Positions 20,801-34,300 of a stretch of DNA of 64,000 bases are shown piece after piece (positions within the stretch are counted from its first letter, which is position 1; each line of letters starts with the position of its first letter). The notes beneath the pieces are model-generated. The model was given only the letters and a program-made list of their open reading frames with translations. It did not search any database and was not told the DNA's origin. The DNA is taken from contig QPMI01000553.1 in assembly GCA_004431415.1 (NCBI GenBank), forward strand, positions 1 through 64,000. Reading direction: 5' to 3'. The position numbers and the translations under genes were made by a program. Source of the DNA: Cyanophora paradoxa CCMP329. Its lineage: Eukaryota > Plantae > Glaucophyta.

Positions 20801-23434
20801 AAGGGCGCCGCTGCAAACACCGAAGCTGGCGGCGGCGGCGGCGGCGGTGGCGCGGCGGTACTCGGCGCCGCCGTCGGCGCCTCCGTCGGCGGCATCGTCG
20901 CTGCGGCAGCCCTTGCGGGTCTTATTTACGTCAGGCGGAGACGAAGGAGAGCGGAAGCCCGCGACAGCGGGGTCGGCACCGGCATAAGCGCCGTGCACAC
21001 TCTGTCTAATCGATTCCATTATTTCACGAAGTAGTGGTCTATCCCTTTTCTGACTTTATGCAAATGGATCCGCAGGTGCCGGACTCCGATTTCGAGACCG
21101 ATCTGCACGGAAACCCGATCAGTCTCCTCGAAACTACAACCGCCTTCGCGCCGCTCAGCCATGAGACAATCTCCAGCATTTGGGTGCGTTTCGCCACGAG
21201 CTTTACTAAGTTGTGGGCGTGTTTTCGTGGAGTCTGACGCGCGTCATTACTTCTTGACTATCAGATCAACTACCCGCCGCTATCGGGTCAGCCTCAAGCG
21301 CTGCCAGGGCTTCTCTTGCTCGGCGACGACAAGCCCAAGACGAGGGGAGGCGAACAGAGCATGGGCCTTGCGCAGCGTGGCGCGCCGCGCGCGCCGGGAG
21401 CGCTCCTCGCCTCCATGCGAGACCCTCTGGAGCTGCTCGGAGAAGGCGCTTTCGGTCGAGGTGCGCGGGCGCGGCTGCAGCTGCACCGTGACTCCGAAAG
21501 TGTGTGAAACGATTGCGATCGAACCGACCTTCTTTCGCGCGCAGTGTACGCAATATCCATCCCGAGGTCAGAGGCGGGCCTCCTCGGCAGCGCGGGGGGC
21601 ACTCCGCTCGACGTCGAAGAAGAAGATCCTCGAGCTGCAGCTGCAGCTGAAGCTGCAGGGGCGCCGGCCGCGGGCGGCGGCGACGGCGACGGCGCCGGCG
21701 TTGCGCGCGACGTCGAAGAAGATCCTCGAGTTCACGGTCGGGATCGGCAATCGACGGCCGCGGGCGACGGCGGCGGCGGCGACGGCGTCGGCGTTGGGCG
21801 CGCGCAAGCGATCACGAGGGCCGTCAAGGAGGTCTCGCTCGTCGATGCGGGGGTCGCTGCGCGCGAGATCCACGGCGCCAGGCTCCAGATGGTTCGGCGT
21901 TGGAATAACGCGATCGCGCGCTAGAGTCTGGAATCCAACCCCGGCACAGGAATGCGACCACCCCAACGTCCTGAAATGCGAGGCGATATTCGTCGACGAT
22001 TTCAAGTTGTACCTTGGTGCGTGGATATGGCGCCGAATCGCATCCGATTCACGCGGCTATTCAAATGATTAATATTTCTCAAGCCGAAGCGAGCGCCTAG
22101 CTTACGTGTACGCAGTCCTCCCACTCGCCGACAACTCTCTCAGCTCTCTTCTCTCAAGCCAGATCCTTCTTCCCGCCGATCTCCTGCAGTCGTTCAGTCT
22201 CCAAATCGCCTGCGGTAAGAGGCAGCCTCTCAATAATCCTCCATTTTTCTCTCTCGAGCTCATGATCACCAAACGCAGGCATGGCCTATCTTCATCATGA
22301 GCTGCCTCGACCGGTCGCGCACAGAGACTTAAAGCCACAGGTGCGCATGTAGGAAAAAGATCCAAATAAGTCGACGAGTTCGGGAAACCTCCAATACCTC
22401 GATGCCTTGCGCTCACCATCGGTCCTTCTCCAGAATATTCTTATTTTTCGCGGGGTGCGTTTTCTGCTTATAATATCAATTCCGCGTGCTTTTCAAAAAG
22501 CTCATTGGGCACCGCAGAGCGCTGGCGAATTACCGAATGTCCGAGTTTGTGACTTTGGTGTGCTTGTGATCATGAATTGCCGCTTGAGTGTAATATGAAG
22601 AGCGATTGATTCTCTCCGGTATCCGCAGGCATTGCACGGCACGTGGAAACTGCGAAGTCGCTTCGGGGGACCCTGTGCGTGTTAACGTTTGCATTGCTAT
22701 TGGATCGACCTGCCGTATCCGCTGATCGCGGCCATACTTTGCGTTTGAATTCCGGATTCTTTCTTCAGAGTTTATCTCCCGCCGGGTGCGTCAACGTTCG
22801 GCGTATTATTCCGCGAGCTCAGCGAAAAGATATGAAGTTTTATTTGACTTGTTCTTAACCAGAGACGTACACTGAAAACGCCCCCATGAAAGCCGACGTG
22901 AGGTTTTGGTGATCTATTCCAATGCTCGATTAAATCTGACGCATGCGCATGTCCCCGGGACTTCAGGTTTGGGCCTTCGGACTTATTTTGATGGAAATGG
23001 CGACGGGGGTAAAGCCGTACGACGGCCGATTGATCGGACCCGAGGATCTTGTGAAAGGGCAGCCGTACTCGAAGGTCCGCAGGAGCTGTAGCCGAACTCG
23101 GCGAAGAAGAATAGGTATCTCTTAGACATGTTACATACCCTGGCGCCTGCAGGCTGCAATGACGGCCTTGCCAAAGGGCATGCGAGCTCTGGCCCGGACG
23201 TGCCTCGCGAAAAAACCTCAAGGCCGGCCTACATTCCTGTGCGCTTCATGTTTCCGCCTTTTCGGTGGAGGTTTCGATACCGATCGTCCCGCGCGCAGAG
23301 AGATTCGCGAGGCGCTGAGAGCCCTTGCTGGTCCGCAGACCGGATCCTCGGAACCCGGCGGCGCACGGGAAGCGCTCACCGCTATGCACGCTCCGGCAAC
23401 GCTCGAAGAGGCAGTTGTCGTTCAATTCGATTGA
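11855..23434 (+). CDS. Large single-pass receptor-like Ser/Thr (TKL-like) protein kinase, multi-exon, interrupted by a transposon
   Basis: Ectodomain of FN3/Ig-like exon repeats rich in N-x-S/T, kelch-like exons and a Pro/Ser stalk; TM VLGAAVGASVGGIVAAAALAGLIYV followed by RRRRRR (about 20858-20950); kinase motifs GEGAFG, AVKE, HPNVL, GMAYLH, HRDLKPQN, DFG, YLSP, DVWAFG; stop at 23434. The 5' end is uncertain. Confidence 0.8.
13966..18070 (+). repeat. Near-identical intragenic duplication: 13966-15225 copied at 15949-18070 (second copy carries the CACTA insertion)
   Basis: Exons and introns are identical except for one G indel near 16362 and a few changes in the last intron. Confidence 0.95.
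16945..17804. mobile_element. Non-autonomous CACTA (EnSpm) DNA transposon, 860 bp
   Basis: Ends CACTAG...CTAGTG; perfect 30-bp TIR CACTAGTGAATCAGGGGGTGTGTTCTTATG; 3-bp TSD TAC (16942-16944, 17805-17807); empty site GGCC-TAC-TCGTTG visible in the paralogous copy near 14958; subterminal CATAAGAA repeats; no transposase. Confidence 0.97.
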
Positions 23435-23911
23435 CGTTTAACGAGAATAATTGTCTTGACAGCAAAAGCTGTAGCTATAATATATATGATAGGTTCAATA
23501 ACCTCTTTCTCTCGACCTGCTGACCGGCCCGGCGGCGGTCGACGTCTTTTTCCTGTCGTTTCTCGCATGCAACTGTGCGCATCGACATTCTACTGATCCG
23601 ATGATCATGATCATGATCCGATTAAACTTCACAGGCTCAGAGAGCATAAGAAAGATAAGAAAGAAAGCTCTTGTATACTTACTTTTGTAATAGATATCTT
23701 ATCTTGAAATAATATTTCCTCCCCCTTCCTACGCGGGGTTCGCCCCACCGTAGGTATATACGTACTCGAAAGAAGCTCAGAATAAGCACTTCATACTGCT
23801 AAAGGAAATTTAAGCACGAGGCTATCGATTTTCTAATCAGAATGAATGCGCATGCAAGAAACGATCGCTCTACGATAATCGCAAGTCGGAGAAACGAGAG
23901 CGCAAGCCTGA

Positions 23912-26900
23912 TTAGAATTCGAAGGCCTTCAGACGTCCTCCATCACGATTTGTGGGCGCGGCGGTCGGTCTTACCGCCGCCGCCGCCGGCGGGCGCGGCG
24001 CCGAGCCGCTCCCGGCAGGCCGCGATCGCCTTGCCAAGGTCGACGATGCGCCGCTGCCGCGGGGAGAAGTACGCCTGCGCCGAAAGGCGCCCGTCGGCGA
24101 GAGATGCGCGCGCGCGGCGGGGCGCGCGGCAGACGGGGGTACCGGGAAGCGGTCGTAGAGGTCCCTCTTGGCGCGCTCGAGGCACGCGAGGGCCTTGGAC
24201 CACGCGCCGTACCCCATGTGCGCCATTGCCAGCTGCGCGCGGGGCGCCGGCGTCGGCGCGGGCGCTCGGGGCGGGCGCGGCGCCGCAGCTGCGGGCCGAC
24301 CTGGTAGGTCATGTGGCCCTCGATGAAGGGGGCGATGGACTTGGGCAGGAGCCGGAAGCGGCGGATCAGCGCCAGGGTCCAGGAAGTCGCCTGCGCGGCG
24401 GAGGGGCCCGCGGCGCCGGCCGTCAGCTGCTTCTCGGATCGGCCCGCCGGGCACGCGGGCGAACCTGCGCGAAGTCCTCCGCCGTGTAGGCCTTGCTCAG
24501 GCGCCCGGGGCGGACCTTGCACGCGTCGAAGAGCGACTGGGCGCATGCACAGATGAGCTGCGCGAAGGGACGCGATCCCGAGGAAGGTACAGGGACGGAC
24601 CGACATGCTGCGGCCAAACCAGAACAAATCCATTTGCTGCCGGAGACAGAGGCGATGATCATGAGATGCCCGGGGCGCGGGGCGGGGGGCGGGGGGTGAG
24701 TCTTGCCGGCTCCGAGTGGCGCCGCAGGCGCTGCATGATCGCGGAAATCCGCCGCGCGTGCTGCGCGCGCGAGGGTCGCCTCGGGGCGCGGAAAGGGAAG
24801 AGGCGGGGGCGGCGCAGGGGCACCCTCACGACGCCAGCGAGGTCGCCCCCGTGGAAGCAGGCGTGCGCGGTCGTCAGCTCGAACCGGTCCGCCGTCACCC
24901 TGCGCCCGGCCACGCGCGGTCAGAGAGAGATCTAGAGACTCTGCAGAGCTCGTGCCGGCCGCGGCGCGCCGGCGGGTCGGCGGGTCGGGGGCGGCGCATT
25001 CGCTCGCACCGGTACTCGTCGGGGAGCGTCTCGAGAATGGACACGGCGCGCTGGAGCATGCCGGCCGTGTCGCGCGCCCGCCCGAAGAAGAGCGTGTTGT
25101 TCGCTGCGGGCGGACTCGAGGCTTAAGGACAGCTGAGAGCCGAAGCCGCGTGGATGGAGGGTCGGCAGACGGCCACAGGAGTAGACTAGTAGCGTGGCTC
25201 GAGGGGCGCGGCGGACCGCGAGTCTGAATCCGATAGACTAGAGCGCGCTGCTGGTGCGGACGGGGCGGAGGACTCTCACTCAAGCTAGAGAGCGCATTAT
25301 CGTGGCGGGGCGGGGCGGGGCTGGGCGGGCGGGGCTGGGCGGGGCGGCGGGGGCGGGGCGGACCGAGGGCGCGGAGGACGCGAGCTTCGTTGAAGCGGTC
25401 CGCCGGGTCCGGCCCCGTGAAGAAGTACAGCTGCGGGGGCGGCTGCCGCGTCAGCACAACCGCGGGGCGGGGCAGCTGCTGCGGGGCAGCTGCTGCCGCA
25501 TGAGTGCAGCTGCTGTGCAGCGGCGGGGCGGTCGAGCGGGGGGGGGGGGGGGGGGGGGGGATGTCTCGTGTCGCGCGTATTGTTAGACACCGTTCGCGGC
25601 CGCTGAGAAAAGGACGCCCTTGTATCCCTTCTTCCCTCTCACCTTTTCGTACACCGTCTGGACGTCCTCGTAGCGGTCGGGGTGCCGCCCTGTCCGGCGC
25701 GCGTGCGGGCATCAGAGGCGCTCCATTCGGGACGGGGACGGGCGTCAGAGGGGCGCGCGGCAGCCTCAGCCGCCGCTGCGCACCGAGGGCCTCGGCGAGC
25801 TCGATGAGGATGTCCGCCTCGAGCCGTGAGGGCGTCCCCGCTGCCCGGATCACCTGAGGCGCCGCCACCCCCGCCCGTGAGGCCCGGTCGGGGGCTGGCG
25901 CGCGGGGCCCGCGGCCGGCCGCGCACCTGGCTCCACGCGGTGAAGTCTGCGGCCGGGCGGGTCCCCGCGAGCGTCAGAGCGGCGAGGCGGGACGGGGCCC
26001 GGGGAGAGCAGGCGCCGGCGTGCGGGCGGGCGTGCGGGCGGAGCGCACAGAGATCGATCGCCTCGTTGATCTCGCTGAACTGCCGGCGCGGCCGGCGGCG
26101 GGGCGGTCAGGCGCCAGGCGGGCGGACGGAGCGGGCGGCGGGGCGCCGGCGGGCGGAGGGGCGGGCGCACGAGGAGGTGGCCGAAGGCGCGGCGGGCGGT
26201 CGCGCGGGCCGCCAGCAGCGGCTCCGCCGCCCCGTGCGGCTTCACAGCCTCCGCCGCCTGCCCGCAAGTGAGCGGAACGGCGGGGCGGAGCGGAAGGGCG
26301 GAGGGGCGGGGCGGGACCTTGTCGAGGAGGGCGAAAACGTAGTCGCGGCCCACGGGCAGCAGGTCCGGAGGCAGCACGTGCATCTGCGGGCACCCGTGTG
26401 GCCGGGCGCGCAGAGCGGAGCCACGGGTCCCAGCGAGATCTGGATGTAGATTGGGAGGGCGGACCGGGCCGGTGGCGACGGCGATGCAGTGCCAGCAGTG
26501 CTCCGCCATCAGCGCCCCGTCCGCCCTGCCGCCGGCGCCGCATCAGCGGCGCGGCGCGCCCCCCGTGCAGGCCGTGGCAGCGGGGCGCGCACAGCTGCGT
26601 GAAGAAGTCGGCGTGGGCGCTCGTGAGCGCGTCGTGCCACGCCGCGTACACGCCCTCCACCTGCCGCCGGCCGGGCCCGCGTCGGCGACGGGGGGGGAGG
26701 GGGGGCGGGGCGCGCGGGAGCGGGGGGGGGGGGGGGGTACGGGATCGGCGCACGAGGTGGGGGCTGCCCGAGAGCCTCAGGTCCTCGAGGTACCCCGGAG
26801 GCGGCCGCGGCCCTCCTCGTCGGCGAAGAGGGGGGTATCGAATACCTCGGGCAGGGAGAGGGCGGCGGCGAGGTCCGTGCAGGCGCGGACGAGGCGCGCG

Positions 26901-28563
26901 GGGGCGGCCCACGAGGCGTCCACGGGGTGCCGCGCCCCCACCTGGCCCCGAAATCACTCCGACGGGACCCGAACCCGGAATCGAAGAAGAGGCGCGGACC
27001 TCGCTCGCCACCGCCCGGAGCGCCGCCGCCGCCGCGGCGACGAACTGGGCCGCTTCCTCCCGCGCCGCCTCGCTCCCGTGGCGGAAGGGCGGCGGAAGGT
27101 GCGCTGCCGGCGGCGAGCGCCGCCGGCCCAGCCCCCCGCTCGAGGGCCGCCGCCGCCGCGCCGCTGGCCCGCCGCCGTCGTCGTCGGCCCTGCGCGCCCG
27201 CCCGCACGTTCGGCGGCGGCGGCGGCGGCGACGGCGGCGGCGGGGCGGGCGGGGGCGGCGGCGCACGTCAGCGTGGTGCCCGCGTCGCTGTTCGAGTCCG
27301 CTGAGGACGGCCTGCGCCCCGCCGTGAGCCGCGGGCGGCGGGCGGCGGGCGGCGGGGAGGAGGCCGGCGCGCCTGGTTTGGATGGCGGGCGCGGACGGCT
27401 CGGCCGCCCACCGCCCGAGGCGCTGGAACGCGTCGATGAGCGCCGCGTCCTCCTCGCCGGCCGCCGCCTTCTCCCGCCGCTGCCCGCGCCGCCCGCGTCA
27501 GCCTCGCCCGCCGCCGGCGCCGACGGGCGGCCCGGGCCCGGGGCGGGGGCGGGGCGCGCCTCGTCCAGGGCCCGCTTCTGGCTCGGTGGCGCGGGGCGGG
27601 GCGCGACCCGAACGGTAAAAAGCCCGACCGGCGTCCCGTCCGGGCCCCCGACGACCAGCCTGCGGCACCCCCGTCGGGCCCGGCAGCGCCCGCGGCGGCG
27701 CGGGGCAGGACGCACCGCATCGTCTCCGTCTCCGCCAGGGGCGAAGCCGGGTCGGGGTTGGCCGGGACTGCGCGCGCGGCGGCCGGTCAGCAGCTGCATG
27801 CGCGACGCGCAGGCCCCACCAGCGGCGCACTGATGCAGAAGCGCTCATCGCAGACGCCGCCGTCGCCGACGGTGAGGCAGATCCGCGGCCGCGCGACGCC
27901 GTAAGGCTCCGCCCCCGCCGGCGTCGCGAGCGCGAGCGCCGTGCTCGGCCCTGCCGGCCGCACGCGTCGGCGGGGAGCGCCGCGCCGGAAGCCGGCACGG
28001 CACGCACCGGCGGGCTCAATATGCAGCTGCAGGACGCGCCGCGCCGCGGGCTCTTGCTCGGAACTCGAGTCGGGAGTCGTCCCGGGCGTCGAGCTGGGCG
28101 AGCCCGCACACAAAGCAACCCTGTACCGCCTCCCGACGACGAGGTGGTAGTCAGCGCCGCTGCCCGCGGGTGCACGCTCGGCGGGAGGAGGCCGCGGAGG
28201 CGCTTGGTTCTGCCCGCGCGCCCGCTCGCGTGGGCGCAGAAAAGGGCGAAAGAAAGTGATACCACGCACGCGCGATGTCCGGATCACGGGGCCCTGGTCG
28301 TGGAGAATCTCCAAGTGCATGTTTCCCGGCGCCCCGCCCGCCCAACGCGCCCCGCCAGCGCCCGGCCCGACTTGAAGCTCACTGACCGCCGCCCGCAGCG
28401 CCCCGCCGGCAGTATCACCGCTACGAAGGGGCGTTACTTTCTGAGATACTAGTGAGAGCTGGAGCTCGAGCTCGTCGGCTAAGAGCTGGAGGTCCGAGGT
28501 CGGGCTGGCCGGGTACGCGAATTGCGCCTCGAGCCGACTTGCTGTAGCTGCGGCGAGCTGCAT
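23912..28563 (-). CDS. Multi-exon hypothetical protein
   Basis: Coding-like exons separated by short GC-rich introns (MQLAAATASRLEAQFAYP..., GVYAAWHDALTSAHADFFTQL, EHCWHCIAV, QLYFFTGPDP, GYGAWSKALACLERAK with a TPR-like end). No family recognised. Confidence 0.55.
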
Positions 28564-28786
28564 AGGAGATTCGCGACTAGTTGCATGCATATGGGAGATC
28601 CTGATCAGCGATGAGCCGAGCGGAGAAGAGGCGCGCCGGCGAGTCCAGCTGCAGCGAAGCGGGGACGCGCCCGCTGCAGCATCCGCGACTCTCGAGCTCC
28701 GCCCCCAGCTCGGAGACGGACGCCGTCTGCAGCGGTGACGCGGTGCGCCTGCGTCGCGCACGGGCCTGGAAGGCAGTGCTCTCCTC

Positions 28787-30978
28787 ATGACCGCGGCCGT
28801 ACTACGGTATGCATATGCATGCGCCCTCTCACGTCTCGGCCCTCAGCAGGCGGGGCTCCTCGGCCTGCCGGACGCGCTGCTGGTCCGCATCATTCGGCTG
28901 GCGTGCGCGAGCGAGCACGGCGGCGGGGCCGGGGCGTGGGAGATCGACGAGCCGTTCTGCTGCGACGAGGTTGAGACGAAGCTCCGCGCCGTGCAGGCGC
29001 GCTCAGCAGCGCCGCCCGCGGCCGAGCAGGAGCCGTGGCCATGGGTCGACCTGCGGCGGCTGTGCCGCCTGCGGCGCGTGTGCCGGCGGCTCGCGGGGCT
29101 GGTGGAGGCCGGCGGCGCGGCGCCGCGGGCGCGGCTCGAGATCTCGTTCGACGCGGCCGCGTCGGCGCCGGACGAAGCTCCATCCCCTGAAGAACTTGCC
29201 AGGGAGCGCGCAGCGCGAGCGCTAGCTGCGCGCATGCAGAGGCGGCGCTGGGGCGCGCCTGCGGGGGCGCTGCCCGCGTGGGCGGAATCGAGGAGCTTGA
29301 TCTGATCATGAAGATATCGAATAATGAGGTCCGCGCCGGCGCCCGGCCAGGTCCTAAGTTTCTCAATCGTCGCCTTGGCTACAGTAGCATACTATCGACG
29401 CCGATCGGTCGCAGGCTGCTGCAGCTGCGGGCCCGGGGCGTGCGCACCAGCGCCTTCTCTCCGCATTCTCCATGGCCCCGCTCGCATCCTTTCGCTCCAT
29501 TTGCGCCCTCCGAGGCTCCGCGTGAGGTTCGAGGGATTTCGGATGGTCCGCGCTTGGCAGCCCGAGCTCGTCAGCTCGCCACTTCTCTCCCTCTCCCGAC
29601 TCTCGTGCCTCGACTTGGGTGGCACCGGGCGAGAGCTTTGCACCTTGATCAGCCCCGCGGCCCTCGCCGCCCTCTCGCCTCTCCCGCTCACGGCCCTCCG
29701 AGCGACCGTCGAGTGCACCGGTCTGGAGCCGGCGAGGGAGGTCCTCGCCTCCGTCGCGGGGGCCTGCCCGGCCCTGCAGCGCCTGCTCCTCGGCTTCTCA
29801 TTCCTTCAGCTTGCGCGCCTCGACCGCAACGAGGGGATCCTGCGCCCCCTCAGCGCTCTCACTTCCCTCCGAGGTACATACATTTATCGATCTCGCCTCC
29901 TCGCCTCTCACCTTTGGCAGCCCTCAGCCTCGAATTCTGGGCCCTGGAGCGCACCCCGCCCCTCGAGCCCCTCGCCGCCCTCCCCCGACTCGAGCACCTC
30001 TCCGTGGCCGTCAGCGACGGCTTCGACCTGCGCCCGATCGCCTCCCTCACGGCCCTCCGATGTGCGCCCGGCCTGCCGCGGCCCGCGGCCGCTGAGGGCC
30101 GGGTACTGAGCACGAGACTTCCGCAGCCCTGGCTCTCAACGGGAAGGCCCAGGAGCTCTCCTTCCTCGCGCCCCTCACCCGCCTGGAGGCCCTGCGGCTC
30201 CTGTTGATCACGGGCGACGCATTGGAGAGCGCCGCCCGAACCCCGCTCCTCGCCCTCGCGCCCCGCCTGCGCTGCCTCGACATCTCCTCTCACTGCGCCG
30301 GCGCGGCGGCGGCCGGCCTCGCCGCCGCGCTCCAGCGCTTCACCGCTCTCCAGGCGATCCGGCGCCTGCCCGCCCCCTCTGCTCTCCGGCGCTCTCCTCA
30401 CATTTTCGCCGCAGGATGCGACGCTGGACCTCACCCCGGACTGCCTGGAGGCCCTGGCCCGGCTGCCCCTGGCGCCGTCCTGGGCCGCCGTCCGCTCCCT
30501 CCAGGTCGACGTCGCCGACCGCCTCTACAGGACCGGCGTCCTCGCCATCCCCGCCCCTTTAATTTCCTCTCAGTGCGCCGCCCGCACAAAAATCTTAAGA
30601 ATGCAACGTCTCGAAGACTCTTCCGCCCGCAGCGGATCGCCTCGGATCTCACCGGCCTGCGCATGCGCGAGCTGACCCTCGGGGACCGGCTGCCCGTCCC
30701 CGTGCCGGCCGACTTCGCCGCCGGCCTCCGCGGCCGCCTGCGCCGGCTGCGGGCGGACCCCCTGCACCCCTTGGCGTGGGCGGACGAGGCGACGCGGGCC
30801 GTGCAGCGGGCTCAGCTGGCCGTGCGCCCCGTTAACGCTAGCGCTAGTGCTTATGAAGGCCTACGTATACGTCCTTTAAATTTTAACTAAAGCTTTGGTC
30901 TCGACTCCGATCCGATTTCCGGCGCAGGCGCTGGGCGACGCTCTCGGCCTCCGAGTGGAGCCCCTCCATGGCCATTAA
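28787..30978 (+). CDS. F-box / leucine-rich-repeat protein
   Basis: F-box-like LLGLPDALLVRII...LRRVCRRL, followed by LRRs (LSRLSCLDLG, CPALQRLLLG, LAALPRLEHLSV, LTRLEALRL, APRLRCLDIS). Confidence 0.75.
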
Positions 30979-31331
30979 TATTGATCGTGGACATGATCAC
31001 CGGTACCCGCGCTTCGAAATTCGGACTCCGGGACTCGCCCCCGCGGCCGCGGCCACATGTGTCATCACATACACCGACCGGCTGCGCATGCGGCCCAGCC
31101 TATAGCTATAGCTAGGCCTAGGCCTAGGCCTGCGCATGCGCTCGAGAAATTGAATTCGAACTCAGTACTGCCAGCCTGGTGAAGCTGCGCATGCATATGC
31201 GCACGCGCGCGCGCGCCGGCCTCGAGATAGCGCTGCTTCAGCGTCGCCTTCAGCGCCAGCGCTAGCCGATAAGCGCCCCCCCCCCTCCCCCTTCGCTGGT
31301 TCGGGGTACGGGCTCACACTTGCAAAGCAAA

Positions 31332-34300
31332 ATGCAGCGGCTCAAGACGCTCATCTCCGAGGATGCCGGCGCCGCGCCCAAGCCGGCGGCGCCTATCGCT
31401 CAGCCCGTGCAGCCGGTTTCGACCGGGCGCATGTCCCCGAGCTTCCAGGCCGCCAGCGCGCCCGGGCGCCTCTCGCCTTCGTTCAGCGGCGCTACCGCCG
31501 GTGCCACATACATCTCCGGCCCTCTCCAAAGCGTCGGAGGCACGGTGCGCCTGCGCCCGCGCCGGCGGCGCGCCTCGATGAGTCGGTCTAGCGCACTGTT
31601 TCCGCGCCTGGGCCTCGGTGGCGCGCTGCAACACGCGAGCATCGATGCGCGTGTCGTGCGGCGCTCTTCTCCGGCCTTAAATTCCCCGGCCGCGGCGCTC
31701 TCCGCCTGTTCGTCGAACACCTGCGCCCACCTGCGCCCGCCTCGCCCCCGCGTTCACGGCGCATCCGCGCGTGCTGTGCTTTGTGTTTGAAGTGCGCTGC
31801 AGATCGCTGCGAGCGAGCAACACGCGGGGCCGATCGGAAACGTGAGCGAGACCTCGAGCGACGTCTGTATCACCCCTCGGGGGCCGGAGGCCCGCTACGG
31901 TTCGCGGGCGTCCTTTTCGGTACCCTCGATGCTAATGCGCGCCGCTCAGCCGAGAAGCTCGTCGAGGTCGAGACCGTCCGCGAGGTCGTCCGCCCGGTCC
32001 CCGTCGAGACGGTCCGCGCCGCCGGCCGCGCTTCCCTCTCGCATGTGCTGAGAGAGCGACGCCAGGTCTACCGCGAGCTCGTGCCCTGCCCCGTCGAGGT
32101 CCGCCGGGCCGCCCCGGCCGCTGTTCAAACACGCCCGCGGCCGCCGGCGCGACGCCTCCGCAGGTGCCCGTGCACACTGAGTCGGTCGTGGAAGTCGTGC
32201 GCGAGAAGATCGTGGTGGTGCGCCAGGCCCGCCGCGCTTCCCGCGCGAGCGTACGCTGACGGGCCTCGGGCGGGCGCCGGCGCGCGCGCGCAGGTGGATA
32301 GGCCCGTCGAGCAGCGCATCGAGGTCCAGGTCCCCATCGAAGTGCCGGCCCCCTACGAGGTCCCCCCGCCCTCCGCCCCGCTCCGCCCCGACCCCCGCCA
32401 CTTGCCCCGCCCCGCCCCGGCCGGCGCCGAGCAGCGGGCGGCGCAGGTCCGGGTGCCGTTCCGCGAGGAGGTGAACATCATCCGCGAGATCGAGAAGCCC
32501 GTGCCGTTCGAGGTCCCGCGGGATGTGCGCCCCGGCCCACCCCACCCGCCTGCCCCCGCCCGCCTGGCGGCTCTCCGACGGCTCACGCCCCCTTTCAGGT
32601 CGTGCGCGAGGTGCGGGTCCCTTACGAGGTCATGAACCGCGTCGTGGAGCAGATCGTCGAGACGCGCGAGGTCGGGCCCGCCGCATGCTAGGAGACAGCC
32701 AGCGCCACCGCTGTGCTCCTCACAGCCTGCGCAGGTGCCGGTCGAGAAAGTCGTGTTCCAGAACGTCATCACTGAGAAGATCGTCGAGAAGCCCGTCCCC
32801 GTCGAGGCGAGCGCGCGCCCCCGCCAAACACCCCCCGCCCGCCTGCCCGCGCGGCGCCGACGCGCGTGCACGCGGGTGCGCAGATTCCCGTCGAGAAGCT
32901 CGTCGTCGTCGAGCGCATCGTGGAGGTCCCGGTCGAGAAGATCGTCGAGGTCAAGGTCCCCGGTGCGCGCCCAGGCCCCGCCGCTCCGCTGAGCTCTAGA
33001 TCTGCGCACCGCCGCTCGAGAGCTCACCGGCGCCGCAGAGATCCGCACGATCGAAGTGCCGGTGCCGTACCAGGTGCGAACGCACCGGCTCTCGTCCGCG
33101 CGGGCCCGGCGAGATCGGCGGCGGCGGCGCAGGTGCCTGTGGAGGTCGTGCGCGAAGTGCGCGTACCGTTCGAGGTGGTCAAGGAGGTCCCGCGCGAGTT
33201 CGTCACGACCCGCGAGGCGAGATCAAATCCCGCTTCCGCGCTCGGGATCCCGCGTCGCGCTCACGCGTGCGCCTCTCGGGCCGCAGGTTCCGGTGGAGAA
33301 GATCGTGCGGGAGGTGCAGACCGTCGAGAAGATCGTCCAGGTCCCCGTCCCCGTCGAGGCGCGCCTCTTTGAAATTCGAATTCGAATTCGATCCGCCCGT
33401 CCCGGAGTCCGGCGCCGTTCTCACGCACGTGAGCGCGCGCGCGCACGCAGGTGATCAAGAACGTGGAGATTCCGGTGGAGAGGATCGTGGAGAAGATCGT
33501 GGAGCGCCCGATCATCGTCGAGAAGCTCGTCGAGGTCCCCGTCGACCGCATCATCGAGAAGGAGGTCCGCGCGCGCCGCCCGCTCGCGCCGCCCGCTTTA
33601 TGAAGACGAGAGATCGCTTCGAGATCGTTTGATGAAGAGATAGATGGCTACAACATGGGATAGATCGCTTCCGCTAGGACGCCCAGGGGAAGAAAGAAAG
33701 AGAGATAGATAGAAAGAAAGAAAGGAGCGCGGGCGGCTGAGGGGCGGCGCGCGGGGCGCAGGTGCCGGTCATCCACGAGATCCAGAGGCCGATCGTCATC
33801 GAGAAGCCCGTCGAGGTCCCCGTCGAGCGCCGCGTCGAGGCCCGCACCCCCGCCCCCGCCCCGCCCTCGAAAGGCTAGCCTAGCCTTAAGCTTGGACGCT
33901 TGGGGTTAGGGTTGCCCGGCTCTGCCCTGCCCTGCCCGGCTTAGAGGCCTGCGCCTCGGCGCCGCCGCGTCCACCGCTGACTCGGGCGCAGGTGCCGATC
34001 GACCGGGTCCAGGACCGCGTCATCGAGAAGCGCGTCCCCGTGCGTCGCCCGGCCCCGTACCCCGCCCCGCCCCAGCCCCACCCACGCCTCATCGATCGGG
34101 CGGCTCTCCTGTCTAGCGCCTTGTTGGCGGCGGCGCGGGAGGGATGGATGCTCTAGCTTTATTTAGTCTTTCTGAGAAATCCCCCCGCCATATATACCGG
34201 CGCCGCAGCCGCGGCTCCGCCGCCCCGACCTCGACGCGCGGGGCGCCGGCGCAGGTGCAGGTGGACCGCGTGGTGGACCGGCCCGTCCCCGTCCCCGTCG

